A DNA stretch of 64,000 nt from positions 11,380 to 75,379 of the forward strand of contig CAJUCZ010000005.1 of the NCBI GenBank assembly GCA_910585375.1, given 5' to 3'. Made by a program: the position numbers and the translations under genes. The notes beneath the pieces were generated by a model. That model made no database searches. It saw only the letters and a program-made list of their open reading frames with translations, and was not told the DNA's origin. The stretch is from an uncultured Alphaproteobacteria bacterium (GTDB lineage: Bacteria > Pseudomonadota > Alphaproteobacteria > RF32 > CAG-239). The stretch's first letter is position 1. Every line of letters starts with the position of its first letter. Shown here piece after piece: positions 46,745 through 57,305 of this stretch.

Positions 46745-47821
46745 TTAACCGCGGCGGTCAAAATCAATCCGCGGATCAACCAGCGAATAGGTAATATCCG
46801 AAATCAGCTTCAGCACCAGCCCCAGCAAGGCAAAAATGTATAATGTGCCGAAGATTACCGGATAATCGCGGCTCATAATCGCCTCATAGCCCAGCAGCCC
46901 CAGACCGTTGAGCGAGAAGACAACCTCTATCAAAAGTGCGCCGCTGAACAGCATTTTTATCAGCATGGCCGGAAATCCGGCAATCACAATCAGCATGGCG
47001 TTTCTGAACACATGACGGTACAAGACCTGACGTTCGCTCAGGCCTTTGGCACGCGCCGTCAGGACATAGGGTTTGTTAATCTCATCAAGAAAAGAGTTTT
47101 TGGTCAGCATGGTCAGGCTGGCAAAACCGCCGATTACCATAGCCAGTACCGGCAGCGTGATATGCCAGAAATAGTCTGCAATTTTTGCAAAAAAGCCCAG
47201 TTGCTCCCAGTTATCCGAAGTTATGCCCCGCAACGGGAACCATTGAAAATATGTGCCGCCGGCAAAAAAGACAATCAGAAAGACGGCAAACAAAAATACA
47301 GGAACCGCCGAACCGACGACAACGGCAAAAGACGTCCAGATGTCAAAAGGCGAGCCGTCGCGGACTGCTTTTTTGATGCCGAGCGGAATGGCTATCAGAT
47401 AAATTATCAATGTTGACCACAAGCCCAGAGAAACAGATACCGGCATCCGTTCGCCAATCAGTTTTATGACGCTCTTGTCCTGATAAAAGCTTTTGCCGAA
47501 ATCAAACAGCAGATAGTCTTTGATCATTTTCAAAAAGCGGACATGCGCCGGCTTGTCAAAACCAAATTGTTTTTCCAGTTCCTTAACCAGCTCTTCCGGC
47601 ACGCCCTGTGCACCCTGATACCGGCTTCCGGCATTGGACATGTTCATTTGTGCGGTTGAAGAAAACTGCGATTTGCCGTCAACGTTAAATCCGCGGTATT
47701 TGGCCAGCGTATGTTCTACCGGCCCGCCGGGGGCAAATTGGACAATAATAAAATTGAGCGCCAGAATTCCCAGCAAAGTCAGCGGAATAAGCAGCAGGCG
47801 TTTGATGATATAGTTTCTCAT
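46745..47821 (-). CDS. yejB: ABC transporter permease, YejB/OppB family
   Basis: N-terminus [36 protein letters not shown] matches the YejB N-terminus; six hydrophobic segments. Confidence 0.75.
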   Translation of the reverse strand: MRNYIIKRLLLIPLTLLGILALNFIIVQFAPGGPVEHTLAKYRGFNVDGKSQFSSTAQMNMSNAGSRYQGAQGVPEELVKELEKQFGFDKPAHVRFLKMIKDYLLFDFGKSFYQDKSVIKLIGERMPVSVSLGLWSTLIIYLIAIPLGIKKAVRDGSPFDIWTSFAVVVGSAVPVFLFAVFLIVFFAGGTYFQWFPLRGITSDNWEQLGFFAKIADYFWHITLPVLAMVIGGFASLTMLTKNSFLDEINKPYVLTARAKGLSERQVLYRHVFRNAMLIVIAGFPAMLIKMLFSGALLIEVVFSLNGLGLLGYEAIMSRDYPVIFGTLYIFALLGLVLKLISDITYSLVDPRIDFDRRG

Positions 47822-49671
47822 TTTTTATCCTCCGCGGCTTTGTCCCACCAGGTCAGAAACTGCAGGCCAATCGGTTCTTTGGCTGATTTGTGCGCAAATT
47901 TGTTCCAATAGGCAATGCGCTGATACGGCGAGTACCAATGGGGTATCAGGTAATATTCGTGCCGCAGCACCCGATCCAACCCATTTACGGCGGCTATATA
48001 GTCGTCTTTATGCTGGGCTTTGACCACTTCTTCAATCAGGGCGTCTACCGCCGGATTTTGAACGCCGATAATATTAAAACTGCCGTTTATAGCGGCCGAT
48101 CCGGAGCCCCAGATTTCTTTCAGTTCATTGCCGGGGGAAGAACTGCCGGGGTAAGAAATAATTGCCACATCATAGTCAAACTTATCCAACCGGTTTTTGA
48201 AAATGTTGGTTTCTATATTGCGGAAAACAGCCTTAATGCCGATTTTTTGCAGATTGTGCAAAAACGGCAGCATAACACGGGTAAAGGCCGAGCCGTTGGC
48301 CGTATTGCTTAAAATTTCAAACTCCAGCGGACGGCCGGTTTGAAGATTTGTCATTTTGCCGTCTACAAAGTCATAGCCGGCCTCTTTAAGCAGGGCCACA
48401 GCCGCACGCAAATTCCGCCTTGTTTGCAGATAGCCGCCGTGCACCGGATTTTCAGGCATCGTACCGAAGACTTCCGCCGGCAGAAGCTTTTTGTATTTTT
48501 GCAAAAGCCCTAGTTCCTTGCCTTGCGGCTTGCCTGATGCTTCCAACCCGCTGTTGGGAAAAAAGCCTTCAATCCGGCGGTACTGGTTATAAAAAAGTTT
48601 TTCGTTCGCCCAATCGAAATCAAAAGCCAGCGCAACAGCCTGCCGGACTTTTTTGTCCTGAAAAAGCGGACGGCGAAGATTGAAGGCAAAGCTCTGAAGA
48701 TTGGCCGCCTTATTGTGCGCCATATCTTCTTTTATGATCTTTCCGGATTTTATCAGATCATTGTCATAACCGGTTACCCAGATTTTGGCAATGTATTCTT
48801 CCCGCAGATCAATATTGCCGGCAAACAAGGCCTGCAGCGTGACAGTGGTATCCTGATAATAGTCATAGCGGATTTCGTCAAAGTTAAAAAATCCGGCGCG
48901 GCTCGGAATATTTTGCGCCCAATAGTCCTTGTTCCTTTTCAAAACCGTATATTTACCGAAAGAAAAGCTGTCTACCCGATACGGACCGCTGCCAAGCGGC
49001 GGTGTGGTAACCGGTGTGGCAAAGTCTTTGCCCTGCCAGTCTTTTTGAGAAAAAACCGCAATCTGGGTCAAAATCAGCGGCAACTCTTTGTTTTGCGAGC
49101 CGGAGCGGAAATGAAAACGAACATGGCGGTCACTGACCTTTTCCACACGCGCAACGTCTCCGTAATAAACCTTATATATCGGCGAACCTTTTTCAATCAG
49201 AGCATTAAAACTGAAAATCACGTCGTCGGCAAGAATCGGGCTGCCGTCCTGAAACTTTGCCCGCTTATCCAGAATAAAGCCGATAAAACTGTTATCATCG
49301 GGAACTTCAAACTTTTCGGCAATCAGAGGATAGGCCGTCGAGATATCATCCGCCGGCGAAAATCCCAGCGTATCCAAAGTTAAAGCCGCCGTTTCCGGTG
49401 ATGCGATGCCTTTAAAGATATAGGGATTGAAGTTGTCAAAACTGCCATAAGCAGGAAGCACAATCCGGCCGCCTTTCGGCGCCTTGGGATCGGCATAATC
49501 AAAACTTGCAAAACCAGGCGCATACTTTGGTTCGCCATACAGTGAAAAATACGGCAGAATTTTGGTTTCCGCAGCGGCAGACGGGACAAAAGCAACCAGA
49601 CACAAGAACAGAAAAAATTTATTTATAATTTTCTTCATCCACCCAGCCCCGGAAAGGTGAACTGAAAGCAT
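47818..49671 (-). CDS. yejA: Periplasmic substrate-binding protein, family 5 (YejA-like)
   Basis: Signal peptide; about 600 aa; translationally coupled to yejB; cluster C/D solute-binding-protein-like. Confidence 0.65.
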   Translation of the reverse strand: MLSVHLSGAGWMKKIINKFFLFLCLVAFVPSAAAETKILPYFSLYGEPKYAPGFASFDYADPKAPKGGRIVLPAYGSFDNFNPYIFKGIASPETAALTLDTLGFSPADDISTAYPLIAEKFEVPDDNSFIGFILDKRAKFQDGSPILADDVIFSFNALIEKGSPIYKVYYGDVARVEKVSDRHVRFHFRSGSQNKELPLILTQIAVFSQKDWQGKDFATPVTTPPLGSGPYRVDSFSFGKYTVLKRNKDYWAQNIPSRAGFFNFDEIRYDYYQDTTVTLQALFAGNIDLREEYIAKIWVTGYDNDLIKSGKIIKEDMAHNKAANLQSFAFNLRRPLFQDKKVRQAVALAFDFDWANEKLFYNQYRRIEGFFPNSGLEASGKPQGKELGLLQKYKKLLPAEVFGTMPENPVHGGYLQTRRNLRAAVALLKEAGYDFVDGKMTNLQTGRPLEFEILSNTANGSAFTRVMLPFLHNLQKIGIKAVFRNIETNIFKNRLDKFDYDVAIISYPGSSSPGNELKEIWGSGSAAINGSFNIIGVQNPAVDALIEEVVKAQHKDDYIAAVNGLDRVLRHEYYLIPHWYSPYQRIAYWNKFAHKSAKEPIGLQFLTWWDKAAEDKK

Positions 49672-50986
49672 CTTCTCCGGCGGCAGGCGCTTTTAACGAA
49701 GGCTCCGTCCGTTGCGGTTCTTCTGCACGGGCAGCAGAAGAACTCATCTGCTCCCACTCGCGGCGAAGGCTTTCCAGCGTACGCTGCGTGTTGCTCAGGA
49801 TCGGGATAACATCATCTTCCACCACAACTTTTTCTTCCGTCTGTTCCTGAGCAAAAACGGTTGGAGATTCAGGCTGCGGCGCCGCGATTTCAAACGACGG
49901 TTCCGCAGACGGCATCACTGGCGCATCTTCGCCGAAGCTGCGCTCTAAAGCCATAGAGAAAGGATCCCGACCATTTTCTTCCGGACGGCGATAATCAATA
50001 TATTCTTCATCCTCACGGTTTTTCCTTTTGCCAAAAAGCGCAAATTTCTTCCCTAACGAAAATTTTCCGGACAGGCTTGGGCGATGCGGTTCCTCTTTTT
50101 CTTCATTCTCCGGTTCCATGGGACGGGGCCTTGCCGGTGCGGACGGCATTGCAGTTTCGCGGCATTCAGTTTTGGCGTCATCAGATACGGCGGCGCGGAA
50201 AACTTCGGTTACGGGAGCCTGCACCGGAGGCATTTGCTCAAAACGGCTCTCACTCAGCACGGCATAAGTCTGTGAGGCTTCCCGCTTACGTTTAAGTTCA
50301 TCGGAAACAGGTGCAAAAATCGAAAAGACTTTTCCCAAAACACCGGTTTCGATAATATTCAAAAAGATTTTCTCGTTATCATGTTTTTCAAACAACTCAA
50401 CAATATTTTGATAGCGGGCGCAGAATTCCATTATGGTTCCGGCAAGCACCATGTCGTGCCCGGCCTTTTCAAACATACGCATCTGAAAAGTCGGCTGACT
50501 TTGGTTAACCTCAATAATTACTTTGCCGAAAGACCATTTGCCGCCGTTTCTGACCTTGCTCCACAGGCGGTCGATTTGCTCCGGCGAGGCCAGAGAACTG
50601 CGTTGGATTATTTCCGAAATCAGTTCATTCATATCTGAAACAAACAAATCAAACTGCTGGACAATAAAACCATCACGAATTTGCTGTTCGCTTTCCAGCA
50701 TGATACGGGCAATCAAGTCCGAGTAGTCCTGATTTTTTTTCATCTGTATGAACAGCTTGTTCAAACTGCGGTTAAAGCGGTAGTCATGCAAAAACTGGTT
50801 GATGACGGCAAAGATAATCCACACGGCAAAGACAGGAAGCAGAATATATGCGGCATAAACCGACACATCGGCTATTCCGGCGGACCGGAGACCACCGGCT
50901 CCGACCGTTTCCAAAACATGCATAACGGCGTAAATGATCCAGAGCAGAGAAGAAAATATTAAGATGAAAAATGACAATGCCAACAA
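49619..50986 (-). CDS. Hypothetical membrane protein (455 aa)
   Basis: Two N-terminal TM helices followed by a long cytoplasmic region with an E/P-rich tail. Confidence 0.45.
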   Translation of the reverse strand: MLALSFFILIFSSLLWIIYAVMHVLETVGAGGLRSAGIADVSVYAAYILLPVFAVWIIFAVINQFLHDYRFNRSLNKLFIQMKKNQDYSDLIARIMLESEQQIRDGFIVQQFDLFVSDMNELISEIIQRSSLASPEQIDRLWSKVRNGGKWSFGKVIIEVNQSQPTFQMRMFEKAGHDMVLAGTIMEFCARYQNIVELFEKHDNEKIFLNIIETGVLGKVFSIFAPVSDELKRKREASQTYAVLSESRFEQMPPVQAPVTEVFRAAVSDDAKTECRETAMPSAPARPRPMEPENEEKEEPHRPSLSGKFSLGKKFALFGKRKNREDEEYIDYRRPEENGRDPFSMALERSFGEDAPVMPSAEPSFEIAAPQPESPTVFAQEQTEEKVVVEDDVIPILSNTQRTLESLRREWEQMSSSAARAEEPQRTEPSLKAPAAGEDAFSSPFRGWVDEENYK

Positions 50987-51109
50987 GCCTAATCTCCCTG
51001 TGTTACAATAAACTGGATTTATACTATTACAAATTGGCTAGATTTCAACGAAAAAGTATGCAATATTTACACAATAAAGCAAAATAAGAGTCGAAATATA
51101 AAAAAAATT

Positions 51110-52126
51110 GTGTTATCAAATCATCAGTTTGAAATAATCAAAGAGAATAGAATGAATACTGAAAATACTCTGGTTTTAGATTTTGAAAAAAACATTGTCG
51201 AGATTGAAGACAAAATGGAAGCACTCCGTCATCTGGCCGAAGGCGAAGACGTGGATATTGCTCCCGAAATTTCCCGATTGCAACAGAAATTGGAGAAACA
51301 GATGAAAGCTTCCTACGCTAATCTGACCCCGTGGCAGAAACTTCAGGTTTCAAGACATCCGCAAAGACCGCACTGCCTTGACTATATTCATGCCCTGATT
51401 GAAGATTTTACACCGCTTTGCGGTGACCGCGTATTTGCCGACGATGAGGCCATGGTCGGAGGAATCGGACGTTTTAAAGGGATTTCCGTTGTTGTACTCG
51501 GCCAGGAAAAAGGGCATGATCTGGAAAGCAGAGTCAAATATAACTTTGGCATGGCCAAACCGGAAGGATACAGAAAAGCTCAGCGTCTGATGGATTTGGC
51601 AAACAAATTTAATATGCCGGTTTTGGCTTTTGTCGATACTGACGGCGCTTTTCCGGGCGTGGAAGCCGAAGCACGCGGCCAAGCACAGGCGATTGCGGCT
51701 TCAATTGAAAAATGTCTGCAAATTAAAGTTCCGCTGGTTTCCATTGTTATCGGCATGGGCGGTTCCGGCGGCGCGATTGCGATTGCGGCGGCCAACCGTG
51801 TTCTGATGCTTGAACATTCCATTTATTCCGTTATTTCTCCGGAAGGCTGCGCTTCTATTTTGTGGCGATCCGCCGATAAGGTTAAAGAAGCGACCGAAGC
51901 CCTCAAACTTACCGCGCAGGATTTGAAAAAGCTTGGCGTTATTGACGAGATTATTCCGGAGCCGACCGGCGGCGCCCACCGTGATCCGCAGCTGACAATT
52001 GAGCGGGTCGGAGACGCGTTGTTGAAACATCTTAAGGAATTGATGCCGCTGAGCGGAGAAGACCTTAAGCGCCTGCGTACAGAGAAATTCTTGAAAATGG
52101 GCCGCAATACCGATTATAAAAAATAG
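51110..52126 (+). CDS. accA: Acetyl-CoA carboxylase carboxyltransferase alpha subunit
   Basis: [21 protein letters not shown]...[21 protein letters not shown]...GGIGRFKG...[23 protein letters not shown] matches the AccA core; the start is probably Met at 51152. Confidence 0.9.
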   Translation: MLSNHQFEIIKENRMNTENTLVLDFEKNIVEIEDKMEALRHLAEGEDVDIAPEISRLQQKLEKQMKASYANLTPWQKLQVSRHPQRPHCLDYIHALIEDFTPLCGDRVFADDEAMVGGIGRFKGISVVVLGQEKGHDLESRVKYNFGMAKPEGYRKAQRLMDLANKFNMPVLAFVDTDGAFPGVEAEARGQAQAIAASIEKCLQIKVPLVSIVIGMGGSGGAIAIAAANRVLMLEHSIYSVISPEGCASILWRSADKVKEATEALKLTAQDLKKLGVIDEIIPEPTGGAHRDPQLTIERVGDALLKHLKELMPLSGEDLKRLRTEKFLKMGRNTDYKK

Positions 52127-52137
52127 GAAAAAGCAAT

Positions 52138-53274
52138 ATGGTTATAGATTTGCAGCTTATTCTGACCGCTGCAGCGGGAATTTTGATTATCATTAATTTG
52201 CTGATATTGTTTTTGCGCAAAGATGATAAAAAGCTACAAACTATAGCCGATGTTTTTTACCGCGGTCAGGCTGAACTGGCCGGAAGACTTTCCCAGATGG
52301 CAGAAACGAATCAACAGCAACAGCATAAAATTTCCGAAGCCATTGCCGAACAGCGTTTGTCTGTTTTGAAAATGATGGACGAGAAGCTTTTGCAAGTGAC
52401 CAAAAATGTAGGGGAAGGTTTGCAAAAGACAACTATTCAGACCACTCAAACTCTTACGGACTTACGTGAAAGGCTGGCAAAGATTGATACGGCGCAGCAA
52501 AAGATTTCCGCACTTTCGGAGCAGGTTGTGTCTTTGCAGGAAGTCCTTTCCAACAAACAGGCCCGCGGCGCATTCGGCGAAATTCAGCTTAATGATTTGG
52601 TCACATCTATTTTACCGCCGTCAGCTTACGCTTTTCAAGTTGTTTTAAGCAATCAGAAAAGAGCGGACTGTGTTTTAAATTTGCCGAATCCACCGGGAAC
52701 GATTGTGATAGATTCAAAATTTCCGCTGGAAAGTTATCATGCTTTACGGACAGCAGCCAATGATCGGGAAAAGCTGGAAGCTGACCGTTTTTTCAAAGCC
52801 TCGGTTCTGAAACATATTAAGGATATTTCCGAAAAATATATTTTGCCCGGAGAAACCGCCGAATCTGCCCTGATGTTCTTACCAAGCGAGGCGATTTATG
52901 CCGAACTGCATGCCAATTTTCCGGAAGTGGTTGAAACATCTTATCGAGCAAAAGTGTGGATTGTTTCACCAACAACCCTGATGGCAACCCTTAACACGGT
53001 TCGGGCAATTTTGAAAGACGCAAAAATGCGGGAAATGGCAGGCGTTATTCAAAAAGAAGTCGGAACGCTGACTGAGGATATCGGACGGCTGGACGGAAGA
53101 ATCGAAAGCTTGAGCCGGCATTTTAAACAAGCCAACGAAGATATTGACGGGATTAAAGTTTCATCCGGCAAGATTGCAAAAAGGATTCAGCGGATTGAGG
53201 ACATTCAACTCGGCGAAGACAGAAAAGAGCTTGCAGACAATGATGCGCCGGCGGTTATTTCTCACATTGCCTGA
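52138..53274 (+). CDS. rmuC: DNA recombination protein RmuC
   Basis: N-terminal TM helix, long coiled coil and C-terminal RmuC domain (QARGAFGEIQLNDLV...DSKFPLESY...MFLPSEAIYAE). Confidence 0.8.
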   Translation: MVIDLQLILTAAAGILIIINLLILFLRKDDKKLQTIADVFYRGQAELAGRLSQMAETNQQQQHKISEAIAEQRLSVLKMMDEKLLQVTKNVGEGLQKTTIQTTQTLTDLRERLAKIDTAQQKISALSEQVVSLQEVLSNKQARGAFGEIQLNDLVTSILPPSAYAFQVVLSNQKRADCVLNLPNPPGTIVIDSKFPLESYHALRTAANDREKLEADRFFKASVLKHIKDISEKYILPGETAESALMFLPSEAIYAELHANFPEVVETSYRAKVWIVSPTTLMATLNTVRAILKDAKMREMAGVIQKEVGTLTEDIGRLDGRIESLSRHFKQANEDIDGIKVSSGKIAKRIQRIEDIQLGEDRKELADNDAPAVISHIA

Positions 53275-53289
53275 CCTGCACAGCCGGTG

Positions 53290-53560
53290 CGCACCCAGCG
53301 GATGCCGTTCCCTCCCTCTGATGCACTCTTTATTTTCTTTTTCATTTTCTCATCAGGGGTTTGTTTAGTTCTCTCCTTCCCGTCTCTTATCTCCCCTTTT
53401 GTTCTTCGATCTTTCTCCGCCCCTGTTTATTTTCCGCTCTCTTTCTTTTCCACTCACGCTCTCCCTCCGCGGCTCGCTCTCTTTTATCATCGTTTCCCTT
53501 TTTTTATTTTCTGGTTTTGTTTTCTTCATAGAGTTGTTTATTTTTTATTGTTACTTTTTG
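53290..53560 (+). repeat. About 270-bp near-pure polypyrimidine (CT-rich) tract
   Basis: Extreme strand compositional asymmetry; the ORFs predicted here are low-complexity artefacts. Confidence 0.7.
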
Positions 53561-53815
53561 ACTGCCAAAAAGGCCGGAGGCCGGCAGCCACAAAAGCAAA
53601 AATACTAGCCCTAAACTCGTTTTCTAAGTCTTCGTGAAAAAGTTCAGGCCGTCTAAGCACAAGGCTAAGACGGCAAGAAGACACAAAATGTTTTTAATTT
53701 CCTCTTTTTCACAAAGACTAAGAAGTACTCGTTAAAGGGCATATCAACTTAGGCATCCAGGCTCGCTGCGGTTGCTTACGCTTTCCTCGCTTGCCAAGAT
53801 GTTCCAAAGAGCTTG

Positions 53816-53850
53816 CAGACAAAAACAACCGGAGCTGCGGTTGTTTTTAC
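53816..53850. terminator. Hairpin AAAAACAACCG-gagctg-CGGTTGTTTTT (bidirectional terminator-like)
   Basis: 11-bp perfect stem flanked by A-runs and T-runs. Confidence 0.45.
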
Positions 53851-54039
53851 TTAGCGCTCCCCATCCCTCTCATGAGTGAGAGGGGGTGACTGTGCTTCAC
53901 TTTTAACTATTCGCAAAGGGCACCTGAACCGTACCGGACGGGGGAATGGTGCTTTGAAGCATTTGTTATTCTGCGTTACCCTGAGGGTGTGACCCGAGAA
54001 TCCATAAAGAAACAGGCTCTGTTCCGATTGTGAGATGGA

Positions 54040-54190
54040 TCACCGGGTCAAGCTCGGGGATGACCGGTACGACCGGTGGCGCACGTTTTGTACGGTGCTT
54101 CAGAGACCGCGGCCAAACGGCGGCGATCAGTTTATGCGGTGCTCGAAGACCCGCGGTGCTGCAGCGGGAATGTGATGAATGGCAGAGAAA
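54040..54190. repeat. Dispersed repeat element, partial copy C
   Basis: Shares GGCGCACG...CAGAGACCGCGG...GCGATCAGTTTATGCGGTGCTCGAAGACCCGCGGTGCT with copies A and B, followed by a purine-rich tail. Confidence 0.55.
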
Positions 54191-54274
54191 CAAAAAGGAG
54201 ATAACGAGGAAGGAGACTCGGAACAGCTGAGAAAGAGGCATTGGCGGAAAGGCAGGATAACGGAGGATTGGACG

Positions 54275-55090
54275 TTATTTTTGAGGATTGCTCAGGTACT
54301 GAATATTAAAAGTGATTGTTTCCGGCTGTTTTTCCGTTGCAGAAGCTCCGGAGATTTCTGAAATTCCGATATTATTATAGGCGATGACATTAATCACCGG
54401 CACATTAAATAATTTTAAGAACCCATGCAGGTCACTTAAAATAATCCGGTTTTTTATTTCTAATGAGGTTTGATGCAGAAAGTCTTTAAAGTACGGCGAC
54501 CAAGCCGGCGTACCGAAATCACCATATATGACCAGAGGTTCATCACGAAGCGATACAAACTCGGCCAAATTATCAAACACGCCTTTTTGCTCGGAAATTT
54601 TTATGCCGGAAAAATCAACTCTGACCAGCGTTAATCTGGAATTTTCCGAACGATATGCCGTATAGCGGGCTGAATAGCGAGGGCTGAGCTTCACTTTGCC
54701 ATAGCTTTCAACCGTCATTTCGGGGATTTCCGTTAATACGCCGGCATCTGACTGTTTTTGAGGTTCAGAGTATTTCAAAAGAAAAGCTTTATCCGCGGCA
54801 TCAACTTTGGTATTAATGAAAATATTGGAAGCGGAAGATATATAAGCATAACCAAACAACAGCAAAACCAGTGACAGAATCGCATACAGGATTTTGCGGC
54901 AATAAAGCGCAAAAATAAGGATAAAAAGATTAAAAAGATAAAGCTGAAAGAAATAATTTTTAATAAAAAAAGATAAATTTCCGATACCGTCAAAAGAGTT
55001 TACCACTGCAATAATTCCCAAGATTATCAAGGAAACAGCAATAAACATATTTTCACGGCGCTGCTTTTTCTTTTGACTAAAATATCCCAT
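54275..55090 (-). CDS. Hypothetical membrane protein (271 aa)
   Basis: Three N-terminal TM helices plus a soluble domain. Confidence 0.4.
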   Translation of the reverse strand: MGYFSQKKKQRRENMFIAVSLIILGIIAVVNSFDGIGNLSFFIKNYFFQLYLFNLFILIFALYCRKILYAILSLVLLLFGYAYISSASNIFINTKVDAADKAFLLKYSEPQKQSDAGVLTEIPEMTVESYGKVKLSPRYSARYTAYRSENSRLTLVRVDFSGIKISEQKGVFDNLAEFVSLRDEPLVIYGDFGTPAWSPYFKDFLHQTSLEIKNRIILSDLHGFLKLFNVPVINVIAYNNIGISEISGASATEKQPETITFNIQYLSNPQK

Positions 55091-55190
55091 TTTAACTTAT
55101 TTTGTTGTTTTTTTGTCGTTATTAATATAATGTGTTATGTGTCAGATAGTAATAGCTAAAATTTATTTTGTAAATGGTGTAAAATAAAAA

Positions 55191-56567
55191 ATGCTAAAAC
55201 AGATAATAAATACATTTTCTTTAGACAATGTAACGCATTTTATCTCTCTCAAATTAAACAGCTTTGAAGATTTGCTGAACCAATATTTTTCCCATAGCGC
55301 AAACATAAAATTATTATCTGTCGTCATGATGGCCATTGGCGGAATCTTATTTCTGTTCTGGCTGGCAATTGTTATTGCAAAATACCTCGGGCTGGCTGCC
55401 AACGAGGCTGCCGCCCAGTCTCAGCAAAAGAGAAGACAAGAAAAAAACACGGCGGCAAAGCAGGCAGCCGAAGACGAAAGTATTGAGAACGAACGCCTGT
55501 TTGAAGAAGAGACGGAACGGGAAGAGGACGAACGCAGCCGTAAAGCCGCGGAAGAATTAATCCGTGCCGAACTTGAAAAAAAGATGGCGGATGAAAAGCA
55601 ACAGCAGGCTGTGGAAAAGCAGCGCAAAGAAATTAAGGCTGCCGCGGAAAAAAAGAACAATGTTTTGGATCTGGACTGGAAAAAAGGCAAACTGGCCAAT
55701 TTGGAAAGTATGGCGGAAAAAGCAGATATAAGCGCAAACCTTAAATATCAACAGAGCAAAAAACAGCTTTCCGAACTTCTCGGGCTGATTGTCGATATGC
55801 TCGGGCGTAATGTTGACGGTCTGAAAATTGCCCAGACAATTATGTACCGCAACATGAACCAAAATTCCGAAGATGACATTTTGCAAACGGTTGACGCGGT
55901 AAAAGACTTTATTGCCCTTTGTATTAATAAAAAATTTGACAAGCTGATTTCCAAAAACAAACTCCCCAAAATTGAAGAAGCCCTGTATCATCTGGCCAAC
56001 GGCGACACGTCTTACGCTCTGGCGCTGATAGAAACACTGATGGACAACAATATTGAAGCGGCAGCCGCTCTGCCGAACGGTGAAAAAAGAAACGAGATTT
56101 TTGCCGTTACTTCGAATTATGCCACGATTTTCGGCACACTTGCTGCGGTTTCCGATGTTCATCTGGCAACCGGCGCATTTGAGCTGGCTATTGAACTGGC
56201 GCCGCAAAACATCAACGCCTGGAGCAGAGCCGGAGACATGTATCAACTGAGCGATGCCGAATCGAAAGCAATCTGGGCTTATACAAATGTGCTCAACCTG
56301 AGCGACAATGACCTTAACGAACGTCAGACCGCCAATGCCAACAAAATGTTATCGCAATACTATTACAAGCAGGGCAACAGCCTGCAGGCCGCCAAACTTT
56401 ATAACAGCAGCCGCGGATACTATGATTCCATCGGCATTAACCGTAATCTTGACCGGCAGGAAATTGAGATTGTCCGGTTGATTGAAGATAAGCAGAAAGA
56501 AAAGCTGCAAGATACAATTATTGCCGTTTTGAACAACAAAAAACTGGCACAGTACAGCTTTGCCTGA
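55191..56567 (+). CDS. Membrane-anchored coiled-coil / TPR-like protein (458 aa)
   Basis: TM helix (LLSVVMMAIGGILFLFWLAIVIA), E/K-rich coiled coil and C-terminal TPR-like repeats. Confidence 0.45.
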   Translation: MLKQIINTFSLDNVTHFISLKLNSFEDLLNQYFSHSANIKLLSVVMMAIGGILFLFWLAIVIAKYLGLAANEAAAQSQQKRRQEKNTAAKQAAEDESIENERLFEEETEREEDERSRKAAEELIRAELEKKMADEKQQQAVEKQRKEIKAAAEKKNNVLDLDWKKGKLANLESMAEKADISANLKYQQSKKQLSELLGLIVDMLGRNVDGLKIAQTIMYRNMNQNSEDDILQTVDAVKDFIALCINKKFDKLISKNKLPKIEEALYHLANGDTSYALALIETLMDNNIEAAAALPNGEKRNEIFAVTSNYATIFGTLAAVSDVHLATGAFELAIELAPQNINAWSRAGDMYQLSDAESKAIWAYTNVLNLSDNDLNERQTANANKMLSQYYYKQGNSLQAAKLYNSSRGYYDSIGINRNLDRQEIEIVRLIEDKQKEKLQDTIIAVLNNKKLAQYSFA

Positions 56568-56570
56568 TTT

Positions 56571-57263
56571 TTATTTTACGCAAACATCCGGTGCGCGCAG
56601 ATAAACCGGTTTTGGAAAATCAATCTTTTTATTATCAAACTGTTGCCGGGCGCAAGCGGCCACATTATATACGTCTATTCCTCCAGACATTTTAACATAA
56701 TGCAAACTCAGTCCGCTCGGCTGCATTAAAAACCGTTCCGTACCGTCACCGATGACCGTTGTTTTTCTGCCGCCCTTCAGCTGAGCCAGAATGTCTTCCC
56801 GCGTACCGGCTGCCGGCGGGGTCAGGCGTTTGAGGCCGCCGTCAAAAATCTGATAATAAAAATCTTCACGCTTGGTTTCAATAACGACAAGATTTTTTTC
56901 GGCAATTTCATCACAGGAAAGTTCCGGCAAATAAGCATCAAAAGCCGAAACGCCGGCAACCGGCAATTCAGGACAAGCCAATCCGAACGCACGAGCGGCG
57001 GAAATACTTGCCCTGACGCCGGTAAAAGAACCGGGGCCGGTACAAACCGCCAACAATCCCAAATCGGAAAAAGAAAGTTTTTGTTCTTCCAAAATATTTT
57101 TAATTTGCGGAATCAGTACTTCGGCCTGTCCGAACTCCATTGCCTGCGACCAGCGCGAAAGCGTTTGTCCGTCCCGAAGCAGGATGACGGAACAAGCTGC
57201 CGCAGTTGTATCAAAAGCCAAAGTATACATTTTTTCCACTTCCTTAAAAATTACATTTCTCAA
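56571..57263 (-). CDS. tsaB: tRNA threonylcarbamoyladenosine biosynthesis protein TsaB (YeaZ)
   Basis: MYTLAFDTTAAACSVILL...CTGPGSFTGVRASISAARAFGLA matches the TsaB N-terminal signature. Confidence 0.8.
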   Translation of the reverse strand: MRNVIFKEVEKMYTLAFDTTAAACSVILLRDGQTLSRWSQAMEFGQAEVLIPQIKNILEEQKLSFSDLGLLAVCTGPGSFTGVRASISAARAFGLACPELPVAGVSAFDAYLPELSCDEIAEKNLVVIETKREDFYYQIFDGGLKRLTPPAAGTREDILAQLKGGRKTTVIGDGTERFLMQPSGLSLHYVKMSGGIDVYNVAACARQQFDNKKIDFPKPVYLRAPDVCVK

Positions 57264-57305
57264 ATGTTATTTTATATTATAGAATCGTAAAAGAAACAAT
57301 GACTT

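Noticed and set aside
53287-53637. 116-aa and 69-aa ORFs in the polypyrimidine tract
   Set aside because: The translations are low-complexity (F/L/S/P) artefacts of the CT-only sequence, with no ribosome-binding site and no operon context.
53560-54000. tRNA, tmRNA, RNase P or SRP RNA in the 1-kb non-coding region
   Set aside because: I searched by eye for T-loop (GGTTCGAATCC), RNase P P4 (AGGAAAGTCCGG) and SRP domain IV motifs on both strands and found none. Only generic hairpins are present. I cannot exclude an unrecognised ncRNA.
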